The position numbers were made by a program, and so were the translations under genes. A DNA stretch of 60,962 nucleotides from Burkholderiales bacterium (lineage in GTDB: Bacteria; Pseudomonadota; Gammaproteobacteria; Burkholderiales; SG8-39), in contig DATEOW010000006.1 in NCBI GenBank assembly GCA_035273665.1, positions 126,318 through 187,279 on the forward strand, given 5' to 3'. Below the pieces are notes generated by a model that did no database searches, had not been told where the DNA came from, and worked only from the letters and a program-made list of their open reading frames with translations. This document shows positions 29,741-39,762 of the stretch, one piece after another (the first letter of the stretch is position 1; every line of letters begins with the position of its first letter).

Positions 29741-31198
29741 TCATTTGCGCCAGAACATCGGCGTAAATACGACGAGCAAGGTAAACAGTTCCAAGCGGCC
29801 CAAAAGCATTGCCGCTGCGCACACCGCGGTTTGAAAGTCATTCAGCACAGCATAGCTATTGGTGGGCCCCACTTGGTGCAAGCCGGGACCCATGTTGTTT
29901 AGGCAAGCGACTGCTGCGGAGAATGCGCTGGTGAGGTCTAAGCCCGTGGCCGTTAACAGCAGCGTGATGATGATCATGGTGCTGCCGTAAACGAGCATGA
30001 AAGCAAGGACCGCGAAGATCAGTTTGTTCTCTACCACTGCACCGCCGAGTTTCAGCGGTACCTCTGCGCGGGGATGAAGAATGCGGGTGAATTCCCGCAG
30101 GGCCTGTTTCTGCAAGACCAACGCCCGGATCATCTTGATACCGCCGCCCGTCGAACCCGATGAGGAAACGAAGGTCGCGAGAAACAACATCCACAGCGGC
30201 GCAAATATCGGCCACTGATTGTAGTCAGCCGTTACAAAACCGCCCGTCGTCGCGACAGACACCACGTTGAAGCTTGCGTAACGCAAAGCCTCGCCAAAAC
30301 TTTCGTAAAACCGATGGAAATAAAGAAACAAGGCGATGGCGAAAGCGCTCAGCAACGTGACGCCAATCACCCACGCGGCTTCCGGATCTCGCCAGTACGT
30401 GGTAACCGAACGTCGGTGCCATGCCAAAAAGTGGGTAGCGAAATTAAGCGCAGCGAACAGCGTGAACAGCATGCAGATGATTTCTATGAGGATCGAATCA
30501 AAATGCGCGATGCTGGCCTCGTAGGGAGAAAAACCGCCGAGACTGATCGTAGAGAAGGCGTGCATCAGTGCATCGAGCCAGGACATGCCGGCGAGTTTAT
30601 AGGCGAGCGTACAGGCGATGGTTGCGCCAAAGTAGACCGCCCAAAGTCCCTTCGCCGTTTCGTTGATGCGCGGCGTCAGACGATTGTCTTTCATCGGTGT
30701 GGGCGTCTCTGCGCGAAAGAGCTGGGCGCCGCCAACGCCAAGCAAGGGCAGCACGGCAACCGCCAGGACGACAATGCCCATACCGCCTAACCAACAAAGT
30801 TGTGTACGCCATAGATTGATGGAAGGCGGGAGATTGTCGAGGCCTTCTAATACGGTCGATCCTGACGCAGTCAGCCCGGATGTCGCTTCAAAATAGGCAT
30901 CCGTGAAACTGAGGTCCGGCATGTACAACAGAAAAGGAATCGTGGCGAAGGCGGGAAGTAGCGTCCAGGTCATCGCGACGAGCAAAAATCCCTCGCGGAT
31001 AGCCAGTTCGCCGTCATGCCGCCGTGTGACAAACCAAAGTATGCCGCCGGCGCCCACGGTAATGAGAAGCGCCTCGTCGTAGGCAAGTTGGGCGCCATCC
31101 TCCAAGTAATGCGACAGCGCAAAGGGAAATAGCAGCGACAGACCAAACAGCAGGGTGATCAGGCCGAACGTGTTGAACAGCGGAAAGTAACGCTTCAA
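29741..31198 (-). CDS. trkH: Trk-system potassium uptake protein TrkH
   Basis: 485 aa, polytopic, with TrkH/KtrB selectivity-filter-like repeats (TASGSTV, SLGGFSP, TTGGFV, GSTGGGIK). Confidence 0.94.
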   Translation of the reverse strand: MKRYFPLFNTFGLITLLFGLSLLFPFALSHYLEDGAQLAYDEALLITVGAGGILWFVTRRHDGELAIREGFLLVAMTWTLLPAFATIPFLLYMPDLSFTDAYFEATSGLTASGSTVLEGLDNLPPSINLWRTQLCWLGGMGIVVLAVAVLPLLGVGGAQLFRAETPTPMKDNRLTPRINETAKGLWAVYFGATIACTLAYKLAGMSWLDALMHAFSTISLGGFSPYEASIAHFDSILIEIICMLFTLFAALNFATHFLAWHRRSVTTYWRDPEAAWVIGVTLLSAFAIALFLYFHRFYESFGEALRYASFNVVSVATTGGFVTADYNQWPIFAPLWMLFLATFVSSSGSTGGGIKMIRALVLQKQALREFTRILHPRAEVPLKLGGAVVENKLIFAVLAFMLVYGSTMIIITLLLTATGLDLTSAFSAAVACLNNMGPGLHQVGPTNSYAVLNDFQTAVCAAAMLLGRLELFTLLVVFTPMFWRK

Positions 31199-31210
31199 GT
31201 CCGCTCGCGC

Positions 31211-32638
31211 CTAAATGAAATTAACGCCGACCTGGAACAGCTTTTCCAGCTTTGGCACCACGCGCTTATTCGCGACGAACATGATCACGTGATCGTTCGG
31301 CAGAATCACCGTGTCGTGATGCGCCACAATGACTTCCGCCGCGCGTTGGCTCGATGGGATTTGATCAACCTTTCCAAGCTGTGCGGAACCGCGCTCTCGG
31401 ACGATTGCAGCGATCGTCGTGCCTGGCGGTAGTTCAATATCTTCGATCTTGCGCCCGATCACTTTGCAATTTCCTTCATCGCCATGAGCGATAAGCTCGA
31501 GTGCTTCCGCGGCGCCGCGGCGCAAACTATGCACCGCCGCGACATCCCCGCGACGAATGTGCTGCAAGAGTTTTCCGATGGTGGCTTGCGCCGGGGAAAG
31601 CGCGATATCGATTTGGCCGCCTTGCACCAGATCGGCATAAGCGCGCCGGTTGATAAGCGCGACGACCCGTCGAGCACCCATCCGTTTAGCCAGCAAGGCG
31701 GACATGATGTTGTTCTCGTCGTCGTTCGTCAGCGAAAGGAAGAGATCCATCTCCGCAATGTTTTCCGCCTCGAGCAAATCTTCGTCCGTCGCGTCGCCTT
31801 GCAAGACCAGCGCTGTTTGCAACTGATTGGCCAAAAAAGCGGAGCGCTGTTTATTGTTCTCCAGCACTTTTACTTGATAGCCGGACTCGAGCGAACGCGC
31901 CAAACGCAAACCGATGTTGCCGCCGCCGGCGATCATCACGCGCTTAACCGGCTTGTCCATCTTGCGTAGTTCGCGCATCACCTCACGAATATTGTCCGTA
32001 TCGGCAACACAAAAGACTTCATCACCGTGTTCGACCACCGTATCGCCGTCCGGAATAATCGCTTGATCGCCGCGAAAAATCGCCGCGATGCGTGCATCCA
32101 CGTTGGGGATGTGACGCTTGAGATCCTTGAGCGGGTGTCCGACCAAGGGCCCGCCCGTCACCGCGCGAACCGCGACCATGGTGACCCTACCCCCGGCGAA
32201 ACGCAGTACCTGCAACGCCTCCGGGAATTCGATTAAACGGCCGATGTATTCGGCCAGAATGTTTTCCGGTGAGATTGCGTAGTCGACGTTAAAGCCGTCG
32301 TCTTCAAGCAATTCCGGACATTTCAGAAAACCGCTCGCCCGAATCCGCGCGATTCGAGTGGGAACGTTGTAGCGCTTTGCGGCGATACGACAAGCGACCA
32401 GATTAGTCTCATCCGATTGCGTAACCGCGATAAGCATGTCGGTATCTTCGATACCGGCATCGATCAGCGTGTCTGGATGCGCCGCACTGCCGACGACCGT
32501 GCGTAAATCAAAGCGCTCTTGCAAGTCGCGCAAACGTGCCGCCTCGAGGTCGACAACGGTGATGTCGTTCTGCTCCGAGACCAAGCTTTCGGCCAAGGTC
32601 GACCCCACTTGACCGGCGCCCAGGATGAGGATTTTCAA
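31211..32638 (-). CDS. trkA: Trk-system potassium uptake protein TrkA
   Basis: 475 aa. Two RCK/NAD-binding halves (MKILILGAGQVGSTLA; VMIAGGGNIGLRLA). Confidence 0.94.
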   Translation of the reverse strand: MKILILGAGQVGSTLAESLVSEQNDITVVDLEAARLRDLQERFDLRTVVGSAAHPDTLIDAGIEDTDMLIAVTQSDETNLVACRIAAKRYNVPTRIARIRASGFLKCPELLEDDGFNVDYAISPENILAEYIGRLIEFPEALQVLRFAGGRVTMVAVRAVTGGPLVGHPLKDLKRHIPNVDARIAAIFRGDQAIIPDGDTVVEHGDEVFCVADTDNIREVMRELRKMDKPVKRVMIAGGGNIGLRLARSLESGYQVKVLENNKQRSAFLANQLQTALVLQGDATDEDLLEAENIAEMDLFLSLTNDDENNIMSALLAKRMGARRVVALINRRAYADLVQGGQIDIALSPAQATIGKLLQHIRRGDVAAVHSLRRGAAEALELIAHGDEGNCKVIGRKIEDIELPPGTTIAAIVRERGSAQLGKVDQIPSSQRAAEVIVAHHDTVILPNDHVIMFVANKRVVPKLEKLFQVGVNFI

Positions 32639-33886
32639 CTATTCGTCTTTCTTCGCCGCTTGAATACCCAGCGACTTGAGCTTGCGATATAGGTGCGTTC
32701 GTTCGAGTCCGCTCCGATCAGCCAGTCGACTCATGGACGCTTCGCGATTGAGATGATGCTCGAAGTAAATCCGTTCGAAAGCTTCGCGCGCTTCACGGAG
32801 CGGCATGTCCAACAACTCTCCTGTCAGACCGCTATCTTCAAGCGGGTTGGAGGGCGGGAGCACGCGTTGCACATCGGCAGCGCTTATTTCTTCTTCCAGC
32901 GCGGCCGTGGCGGCACTGCGCACGGTCTGTTGCAGTTCCTCGATATTGCGCGGCCAAGCATGGTGCCTCAACACGTTCAATGCGGCGATCGAGAAGCTGC
33001 GCGGCGGACAGACCTGCGATTCTACGAGTTGAGTCAGCAGCATGGTCGCGAGGTCCGGCACATCTTCCGCGTGCTCGCGCAAGGAGGGCAATACCAAGGT
33101 CAATTGAGACAACTGCGATAAAAGCGACGCATCGAATCCGCGGTCCTCGATTAAGGTGGTGTTGTCCTCTGAGCTAAAACTGACCACGCGCAATTTTTGT
33201 CGCTCTGCGCGTGAAATAAGAAAGGCCACGCCCTTTTGCTGCGGCTTTGATAGCGCAGCAAGCTCTTCGATAAAAAGAATGCCGCCTGCCGCCTGGTTAA
33301 TCAACTCTTGCGGCGCTTCTGCCAAGGCCGCTCCTGCATTGACGAAGGGCACGCCGGGCTGCTGCAAATGCCGCGCATAAAGTTCAGGCATGACACCGGC
33401 TTCGCCGCGGAGGAGCAACGGCGCGCTGCTTTGCGCATATTGCGAGAGCCGTTTACGCAAATCATTGATGACGGTGGAGCGACCTAGATTGGCGAGGCTC
33501 AGCCGCGATGCGCTTTGCGGCTCACCGGTGCGCAGCGCGCGCTTTACAGTGCTAAGCAGCTTTTGCAATGCAATGGGTTTCTCAAGGAAATCCATCGCGC
33601 CGATGCGCGTCGCTTCTACGGCCGTATCGATTGTCGCGTGACCGGACATCATGACAACCGGCATGCTAAGTTGCCCGGCGGCGGCCCACTCTTTCAACAA
33701 AGATATCCCGTCAGTGTCCGGCATCCAGATATCGAGCAGTACAAGATCCGGTCGTTCGCGGCTACGTAATTCTCGCGCTGCCCCCGCGCTTTCCGCCACA
33801 CGAACGCTATGGCCCTCGTCGCTCAGGATCTCCGAGAGAAGTTCGCGGATCCCTACCTCATCGTCAACAACAAAGATATTAGCCAT
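32639..33886 (-). CDS. ntrX: NtrX-type response regulator with degenerate AAA+ core
   Basis: 415 aa. Receiver (DLVLLDIWMPDTDG), sigma54-activator-like middle with GEAGVMPE in place of GESGTGKE and no GAFTGA, C-terminal Fis-type HTH (MSRLADRSGLERTHLYRKLKSLGI). Confidence 0.8.
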   Translation of the reverse strand: MANIFVVDDEVGIRELLSEILSDEGHSVRVAESAGAARELRSRERPDLVLLDIWMPDTDGISLLKEWAAAGQLSMPVVMMSGHATIDTAVEATRIGAMDFLEKPIALQKLLSTVKRALRTGEPQSASRLSLANLGRSTVINDLRKRLSQYAQSSAPLLLRGEAGVMPELYARHLQQPGVPFVNAGAALAEAPQELINQAAGGILFIEELAALSKPQQKGVAFLISRAERQKLRVVSFSSEDNTTLIEDRGFDASLLSQLSQLTLVLPSLREHAEDVPDLATMLLTQLVESQVCPPRSFSIAALNVLRHHAWPRNIEELQQTVRSAATAALEEEISAADVQRVLPPSNPLEDSGLTGELLDMPLREAREAFERIYFEHHLNREASMSRLADRSGLERTHLYRKLKSLGIQAAKKDE

Positions 33887-33908
33887 AGAAAGTCAATTAT
33901 CCGTCATC

Positions 33909-35990
33909 TCAGGCGGCCAAGGGCAACGCAATGGTTACCGCGGCACCCGCCTTGTTTTCCAGCGTCACGGTGCCGTGATGCTCGTCCACGATTTTTTTTA
34001 CGATAGCCAAGCCGAGTCCCGTGCCTTTTGGTTTGGTCGTGACATAAGGCTCAAAGGCGCGCTTCATGATCGCTTCGCTGAACCCGCCGCCGTTGTCGCG
34101 CACGCGCAATCTCACTTTGTCGCCGGCCAGCTCCGTGCAGACGTCAATACTCGGCTCTGCGTGTCCACTCAAAGCGTCCTGAGCGTTTTGCAGTAGGTTA
34201 TGAATCACTTGGCGTAGTTGCGTCGCATCCCCTCTTACGGGCGGCAGATGAGGTTCCAATGCAAGATGAATCCGCGAACGCCAGTTCTCGTAAAGGCCCA
34301 GTACCTCGCTCACCAGCGCGTTCAAATCCAAACTCGTCAGGGTAGGCGCCGGCATGCGGGAGTAGTCGCGGAACTCATCGACCATCGCTTTCATTGCCGC
34401 TACTTGGTTAACGATGGTCTCCGTGGCGCGCACCAGGGTTTGAGCGTCCGCGGGCTCCAACTTGTCGCTCAGCTTGCGCCGCAATCGTTCAGCCGATAGC
34501 TGGATGGGGGTGAGCGGATTCTTGATCTCATGCGCGAGGCGTCGAGCCACTTCCGCCCACGCCGTCGCGCGCTGCGCCGTGATCAACTGCGTAACGTCAT
34601 CGAACACCACCACGTAGCCGACGCCGGCGGGAAGTGTAGAGCCACGCAGTAGGAGCGTCTGCGCCGATTGCGGGCGCTCAAGCTCACGCTGCCACTCGCC
34701 GTCCGTCGCGCCTGCGAAAGCTTCGCGGATCAGATGATCGAGATCCTGTAATGCGGCGTCGCCACTGAGTGCCCTACCCGGTTCTAAATTTTCCCCAAGA
34801 ATATTGATGGCGCCCGCATTGACGATCTGAAGCTGGAACGCTTCATCAAAGGTCAGCACGCCAGCGGACAAGTTGCTCAGAATATTTTCGAGATAGGCCT
34901 TTGCGTTCTCAACTTGCTCGCGGTTGCGCTCGGCCTGCTCGCGCGCTTCACCCAGTTGTTCGGTCATCGTATTAAACGATCTTGTCAGAATGCCCAGTTC
35001 ATCTCGGCTCGTTACTTTCGCTCGGCGAGTGAAATCCCCGCGCGCGACCGCATGTGTCGCCTCGGCAAGCACTGCGAGCGGTTTGGACAGACGTCGGCTC
35101 AGAATAAAAGCCAGCGCCAACGCGGAGAACAGCGCCAACATAAGCGCCATCGTCAAAGTCAGAATGTAAATACGCTTTAAGCCCACTCGTAGTAGCGATA
35201 ATTCCTTGTAATCGCGCCGAGCCGACTCCACCGTTTCCACGCTTTCGGCAAGATTTGCAGGGATCGGTTGAAGCAGTTGCAGCAAATGCGTTTCTTCGCC
35301 CCAACCGGAGGCGGGCAACTCGATGATGACGCGAGATTGCAGACCGCGTTCGCCGATGGCTTCGATAGCGGCGTACTCATGCGCTTGCTTCACTTGCCGC
35401 AAGACGTTCTCCGGGGGCGCATCGGGAATCAGTTGCGTAACGGTGCTGCTCGCCGTGGCCAGCACGGCTCCGTTCATGCTAAGGATTGACGCCTCATTCA
35501 TCCCCGCCTGTTCGCGCAAACGATTGAGCTCGCCGCTCTGGCGCTGGTAAGGCATATCGGCCAATTCAAGGGCCATATTGCGCGCACTGCCACGCACATC
35601 GCTCAGTGCGTCGTCGAGCACGCTTTGTCCTAAATCGAGGCCCGCATCCAATGCAGCGTCGACGCGAACGTCAAACCAAGATTCAATACTCTTCGCAAGG
35701 AATTGCACGGACACGGTGTAGACCAACGCGCCAGGCAGAGCAGCCATCAAGGCGAATATCAGCAAAAATCGCAGGGTAAGTTGTGAGCCGAACTTGCGTG
35801 CCTTCAACGCACGACGGAGAGTCCATAACTGCCAACCGACGAGACCGATCAAAGCAAGCGCGATGCCGCCGTTGAGAACGAGTAACGTCGGATAATGGCC
35901 GGCGAACAACGATGTGTCGGCGCTTGCGGCCGCGAGAAGGAAGAGCAGCAAACCGCCCAAAGCCGTGCTGGCGATGAGCACATACCTCAT
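33909..35990 (-). CDS. ntrY: NtrY-type sensor histidine kinase
   Basis: TM segments, HAMP, PAS, HisKA (LAHEIKNPLTPI) and HATPase (DNGGGF, GTGLGLAIV). Start chosen at ATG 35990 (MRYVLIAS), which forms an ATGA overlap with the upstream gene stop. Confidence 0.85.
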   Translation of the reverse strand: MRYVLIASTALGGLLLFLLAAASADTSLFAGHYPTLLVLNGGIALALIGLVGWQLWTLRRALKARKFGSQLTLRFLLIFALMAALPGALVYTVSVQFLAKSIESWFDVRVDAALDAGLDLGQSVLDDALSDVRGSARNMALELADMPYQRQSGELNRLREQAGMNEASILSMNGAVLATASSTVTQLIPDAPPENVLRQVKQAHEYAAIEAIGERGLQSRVIIELPASGWGEETHLLQLLQPIPANLAESVETVESARRDYKELSLLRVGLKRIYILTLTMALMLALFSALALAFILSRRLSKPLAVLAEATHAVARGDFTRRAKVTSRDELGILTRSFNTMTEQLGEAREQAERNREQVENAKAYLENILSNLSAGVLTFDEAFQLQIVNAGAINILGENLEPGRALSGDAALQDLDHLIREAFAGATDGEWQRELERPQSAQTLLLRGSTLPAGVGYVVVFDDVTQLITAQRATAWAEVARRLAHEIKNPLTPIQLSAERLRRKLSDKLEPADAQTLVRATETIVNQVAAMKAMVDEFRDYSRMPAPTLTSLDLNALVSEVLGLYENWRSRIHLALEPHLPPVRGDATQLRQVIHNLLQNAQDALSGHAEPSIDVCTELAGDKVRLRVRDNGGGFSEAIMKRAFEPYVTTKPKGTGLGLAIVKKIVDEHHGTVTLENKAGAAVTIALPLAA

Positions 35991-36568
35991 TGCACGATCT
36001 TCCGATTGGGGCCAGTAGTGAAAGCCCACCGTTGCCATTCGGAAGCGAGTGTCCAGTCGTTGTTAGTCAGTGCGCTCACTTGAAACGGCTTAGGGAGTTG
36101 GTTGACATCGAGCGAAAGCCGGACGCCGACTTCATACACACTCAGAGGTTCGAGGTCATTCGCAGTGAGCACCTGCCAGTCGCGCACTGTACCAAGCGCT
36201 CTAAGTGCTTCACTTGCGCTCGCGAAGCTTTGACGTTGCGAGCCGTTGCTGATGCGGTAACTGCGTGTGAGCGCGTGAAAATCCAGCTTCATTTCCAATC
36301 TCTTGTTGGAAATTGTTTTATCGAACCAATACCACCGCGGTCGAAGACATTCGAACTCCAGAATGAAATAAAGAGGCACTCCCTTACCTAATGCGGTTTC
36401 GAGGCGCTCACTAAGTTCAAGCTCGAAACCGGCGGAGAGGGCGTACCCGCCCTCTTCTATCGGTGTGAGTTGTACGCCGCGCACGGGAATCTCGTCGGCA
36501 TGCACGATCGTGGCGCTTAGCGCCAGCAGAAATAGAACGCTCCGGATCAGGGAAAGCTGACGTTGCAT
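35987..36568 (-). CDS. DUF4390-like secreted protein
   Basis: Start ATG 36568 gives signal peptide MQRQLSLIRSVLFLLALSATIVHA. Conserved position between rsmB and ntrY in betaproteobacteria. The ORF-track extension to 36700 overlaps rsmB. Confidence 0.78.
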   Translation of the reverse strand: MQRQLSLIRSVLFLLALSATIVHADEIPVRGVQLTPIEEGGYALSAGFELELSERLETALGKGVPLYFILEFECLRPRWYWFDKTISNKRLEMKLDFHALTRSYRISNGSQRQSFASASEALRALGTVRDWQVLTANDLEPLSVYEVGVRLSLDVNQLPKPFQVSALTNNDWTLASEWQRWAFTTGPNRKIVQ

Positions 36569-36581
36569 GGTGAGGCGAATC

Positions 36582-37844
36582 TTAAGGCGCTTCCTGCTTT
36601 TGCAGGAGCGCATAAAAAAAGCCGTCATGTCGCGCGTCCGGAAGCAACTGTCCCTCCGCCGGCATGAATGCCGGCAATGGAAGTCGCCGGGCGTTTTCAT
36701 GCCGGGCCAAGAAAGCGTCTATCTGCATCGCGTTCTCTTGAGGAAAAACAGAGCAGGTGACATAAAGCAATTTACCACTAGGCGCCACGACCTGCCAAAG
36801 CGCGTCCAGCAACCTCTTCTGCTGCGCGGCGAAACGCGATATGTCCTCCACTTGCCGTAGCCACTTGATATCAGGGTGTCTGCGGACCACGCCAGAAGCG
36901 GTGCAAGGGGCGTCGAGCAAGACCCGGTCGAAGCTTATGCCGTCCCACCATGATGGAACTGCGCCGGCATCGGCGACGCGAACCGCTGCACTTAGTCCCA
37001 GGCGTTCCATATTTGTATGTATGCGGCCGGCGCGCCGCTCATCCCGGTCTAATGCCAGCATGTCGACGTCAGCCTGTTCCAAAATGTGTGCGGTTTTTCC
37101 CCCGGGTGCGGCGCACGCATCTAATACGCGCATACCGGGCTGTGCGTCGAGGAGCGTCGCTGCATATTGCGCAGCGACGTCCTGAACGGAAACCAGCCCG
37201 TGCGAGAAGCCGGGGATTTGGTCGACTGCTCGCGGCAAATCCAAAACAAAGGCACCGTTTCCCGCCTCAAACGCGGCCATACCGGCTTGATCAAGCGCGT
37301 GCTTATACGCATGCGGATCGGTTTTGCGACGGTTAACCCGCAGACTCATTGGTGGACGCTCATTCCCGGCCGCGAGAATCTGCTGCCAGTGTTGTGGGTA
37401 ACTGCCTTGGACCGATTCGATCCACCATTGCGGATGGCGCCACCGCGCCACAGGATGGGCAGACGCTTGGTTTTCAAGCGTTTCGCGTTGACGAAGATAG
37501 TTGCGCAGCACCGCGTTTACGAAACCCTTGGCCGCAGGATGGCCGAGAAGCGGACAAGCCGCCACCGCCTCGTTGACAACGGTGAAGTGCTGCGTCCGGC
37601 TTCGCTCGATTTCGCGCAAGGCACAGGCCAGGAGCGCGCGAATCTTGGTCTCCGCAATCGGTTTCCGCAAGAGAGGTGCTAATACCGCGTCGGCATAGCC
37701 GTAGTCGCGCAGAGCCGAATAGCAAAGGTCGCGCACAGCCGGCGGTAGGGCGTCAAGCTCGGAGAGGCTTTGGCCGCCGTAAACGCCTGCAAGCACTTCG
37801 CTTGCGTGAACAAAGGTCGCGGATAAGGCTATTGAGGTCGTCAC
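36582..37844 (-). CDS. rsmB: 16S rRNA (cytosine967-C5)-methyltransferase
   Basis: 420 aa. NusB-like N-domain, SAM motif DACAAPGGKT, catalytic DAPCTASG and YVTCS. Confidence 0.92.
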   Translation of the reverse strand: MTTSIALSATFVHASEVLAGVYGGQSLSELDALPPAVRDLCYSALRDYGYADAVLAPLLRKPIAETKIRALLACALREIERSRTQHFTVVNEAVAACPLLGHPAAKGFVNAVLRNYLRQRETLENQASAHPVARWRHPQWWIESVQGSYPQHWQQILAAGNERPPMSLRVNRRKTDPHAYKHALDQAGMAAFEAGNGAFVLDLPRAVDQIPGFSHGLVSVQDVAAQYAATLLDAQPGMRVLDACAAPGGKTAHILEQADVDMLALDRDERRAGRIHTNMERLGLSAAVRVADAGAVPSWWDGISFDRVLLDAPCTASGVVRRHPDIKWLRQVEDISRFAAQQKRLLDALWQVVAPSGKLLYVTCSVFPQENAMQIDAFLARHENARRLPLPAFMPAEGQLLPDARHDGFFYALLQKQEAP

Positions 37845-37872
37845 AAAAAGAAAGCGCCGGCTTGCCGGCGCT
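37845..37872 (-). terminator. Rho-independent terminator after htpX
   Basis: On the minus strand: AGCGCCGG-CAAG-CCGGCGCT followed by TTTCTTTTT. The T-tract ends directly at the rsmB GTG. Confidence 0.75.
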
Positions 37873-37889
37873 GATTAAGTTAAGCGGGC

Positions 37890-38735
37890 TTAAACAGCCA
37901 TTGCTCGGAGGCGCATGATGCGCTCTTCTGTCGACGGGTGTGTACTAAACATGCCTCGGACACCGCCGCCTGAAAGCGGGTTGATGATCATCATCTGTGC
38001 CGTTTCCGGATGCTGCTCGGCTGGCGCCATCGGCGTACCTCGCGCATAGGCTTCGATCTTTGCCAATGCGTCCGCCAGCGCGTGCGGATCGCCCGAAATT
38101 TCCGCGCCGCCGCGATCAGCGCCGAATTCCCGCGTCCTGGAAATGGCGAACTGAATGAGCATCGCCGCGATAGGCGCGACAATCATCACCAAAAGCGCTA
38201 GCAGCGGGTTGCCTCCTTCGCGCTGGTCAGAGCGGCCGCCGAAGAACATGCCGAAATGAGCGAGCGTGGAAATTGCCCCCGCGATGGTCGCCGAGATCGT
38301 CGAAATTAAAATGTCCCTGTTTTTCACGTGCGACAGCTCGTGCGCCATGACGCCTCGAAGTTCGCGTGCAGTCAATAAGCGCAGAATGCCGGTCGTCGCG
38401 GCGACTGCGGCGTGCTCCGGATTACGTCCGGTAGCGAACGCATTGGGCTGCGCTTCGTCGATCAGATACACGCGCGGCATGGGAAGTTGCGCGCGTTGCG
38501 CCAGCTCCCGAATCATGTTGTAGAACTGTGGCGCCGAATGTTCATCGACCTCGCGGGCGCGATAGAGTTTGAGCACCATTTTGTCGGAAAACCAATAGGC
38601 GAAAATATTCATTCCGCCGCCGATCACCAACGCGATCAACATGCCCTGCTGACCGCCGATGAGACCGCCAATGGCGCCGAACAAGGCGACAATACCTGCG
38701 AGCAGAATTCCCGTCTTGAACCAATTCCCGATCAT
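37890..38735 (-). CDS. htpX: Zinc metalloprotease HtpX
   Basis: 281 aa. TM segments and the HEXXH motif [10 protein letters not shown]. Confidence 0.94.
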   Translation of the reverse strand: MIGNWFKTGILLAGIVALFGAIGGLIGGQQGMLIALVIGGGMNIFAYWFSDKMVLKLYRAREVDEHSAPQFYNMIRELAQRAQLPMPRVYLIDEAQPNAFATGRNPEHAAVAATTGILRLLTARELRGVMAHELSHVKNRDILISTISATIAGAISTLAHFGMFFGGRSDQREGGNPLLALLVMIVAPIAAMLIQFAISRTREFGADRGGAEISGDPHALADALAKIEAYARGTPMAPAEQHPETAQMMIINPLSGGGVRGMFSTHPSTEERIMRLRAMAV

Positions 38736-38811
38736 CGTCTTCCTCTATAAAGTGGCGTAAGGGCGGGTCCGTTTCGCCCGCTCCGCTTAGATGCGGGCCC
38801 GCCGGATTAAT

Positions 38812-39753
38812 TCAATCACCGATCAAGTCAAAGCGCTGGCCTGGTTTTAGTTCAAACCCCCGCAGAAAATCCTTCGTGCTAAGCCGTTTAGCGCCCGGCC
38901 GCTGAAGTTCTTGCAAACAAAGTACGTCTTCTCCGCAATCAACGGTGATGCCGGCGTCGGTCACCTCGCGGATCCTGCCCGGGACGCCCTTTTCAGATCC
39001 GCGCGCAACGGCCGCCCCCCACAGCTTCAAATCCGTATCGGCGATACGAGCGCGAGCGCCCGGAGTGGGGTTGAAGGCGCGGATGAGGCGCTCAATCTGT
39101 TCGGCGGATTGGCGCCAATCCACCGCGCTTTCTGACTTCGTGATTTTCCTTGCGTAGGTGATGCCCTGTGTTCGCTGCGGTTCTGGCAACGCCGTTCCGT
39201 CGGCGAATGCCCGCAAAGCTGGATCGATTAGATGGGCCCCCAAAGCGGCCAGTTTCAGTTGCAGAGTACCCGCCGTATCCTTCGGATCGATGGCGATCGT
39301 CTCGCGAGCGATGACCGGCCCCGTATCCAACCCCGCCTCCATGCGCATGATGCATATTCCCGTCTCGCTATCCCCGGCAAGAATTGCGCGTTGTACCGGT
39401 GCCGCACCTCTCCAACGAGGAAGCAACGAGGCGTGAATGTTGAAGGCGCCAAGAGGTGGCGTCTCGAGTAGCGCTTGCGGAAGGAGGAGTCCGTAAGCGG
39501 CCACGACATATGCGTCTGCCTTAGCCTGCAGCAGTGGTGCTTGGTCTTCGATGGATTTCAATGTAGCGGGCTGATACACCGGCAGCCCACGACGCTGAGC
39601 AGTCAGCTTGACGGCGCTCAACGCCGGTTGCATTCCTCGCCCCGCCGGCCTGTCGGGCTGAGTAAGGACAAGCGCGATCTGGTGTCCCGCTGCTATAAGC
39701 GCTTCTAGTGCCGGGACCGCGAAATCCGGCGTGCCGGCGTAAATCAGCCGCAT
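38812..39753 (-). CDS. fmt: Methionyl-tRNA formyltransferase
   Basis: 313 aa. MRLIYAGTPDFAVPAL, NIHASLLPRWRGAAPVQRAI. Confidence 0.96.
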   Translation of the reverse strand: MRLIYAGTPDFAVPALEALIAAGHQIALVLTQPDRPAGRGMQPALSAVKLTAQRRGLPVYQPATLKSIEDQAPLLQAKADAYVVAAYGLLLPQALLETPPLGAFNIHASLLPRWRGAAPVQRAILAGDSETGICIMRMEAGLDTGPVIARETIAIDPKDTAGTLQLKLAALGAHLIDPALRAFADGTALPEPQRTQGITYARKITKSESAVDWRQSAEQIERLIRAFNPTPGARARIADTDLKLWGAAVARGSEKGVPGRIREVTDAGITVDCGEDVLCLQELQRPGAKRLSTKDFLRGFELKPGQRFDLIGD

Positions 39754-39762
39754 GGAAGGAAA

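Noticed and set aside
32690-32725. GTTCGAGTCC string resembling a tRNA T-arm
   Set aside because: It lies inside the ntrX HTH-coding region (GLERTHLYRKLKSLG), and I could not build acceptor, D or anticodon arms around it. No tRNA was recognised anywhere in the window.
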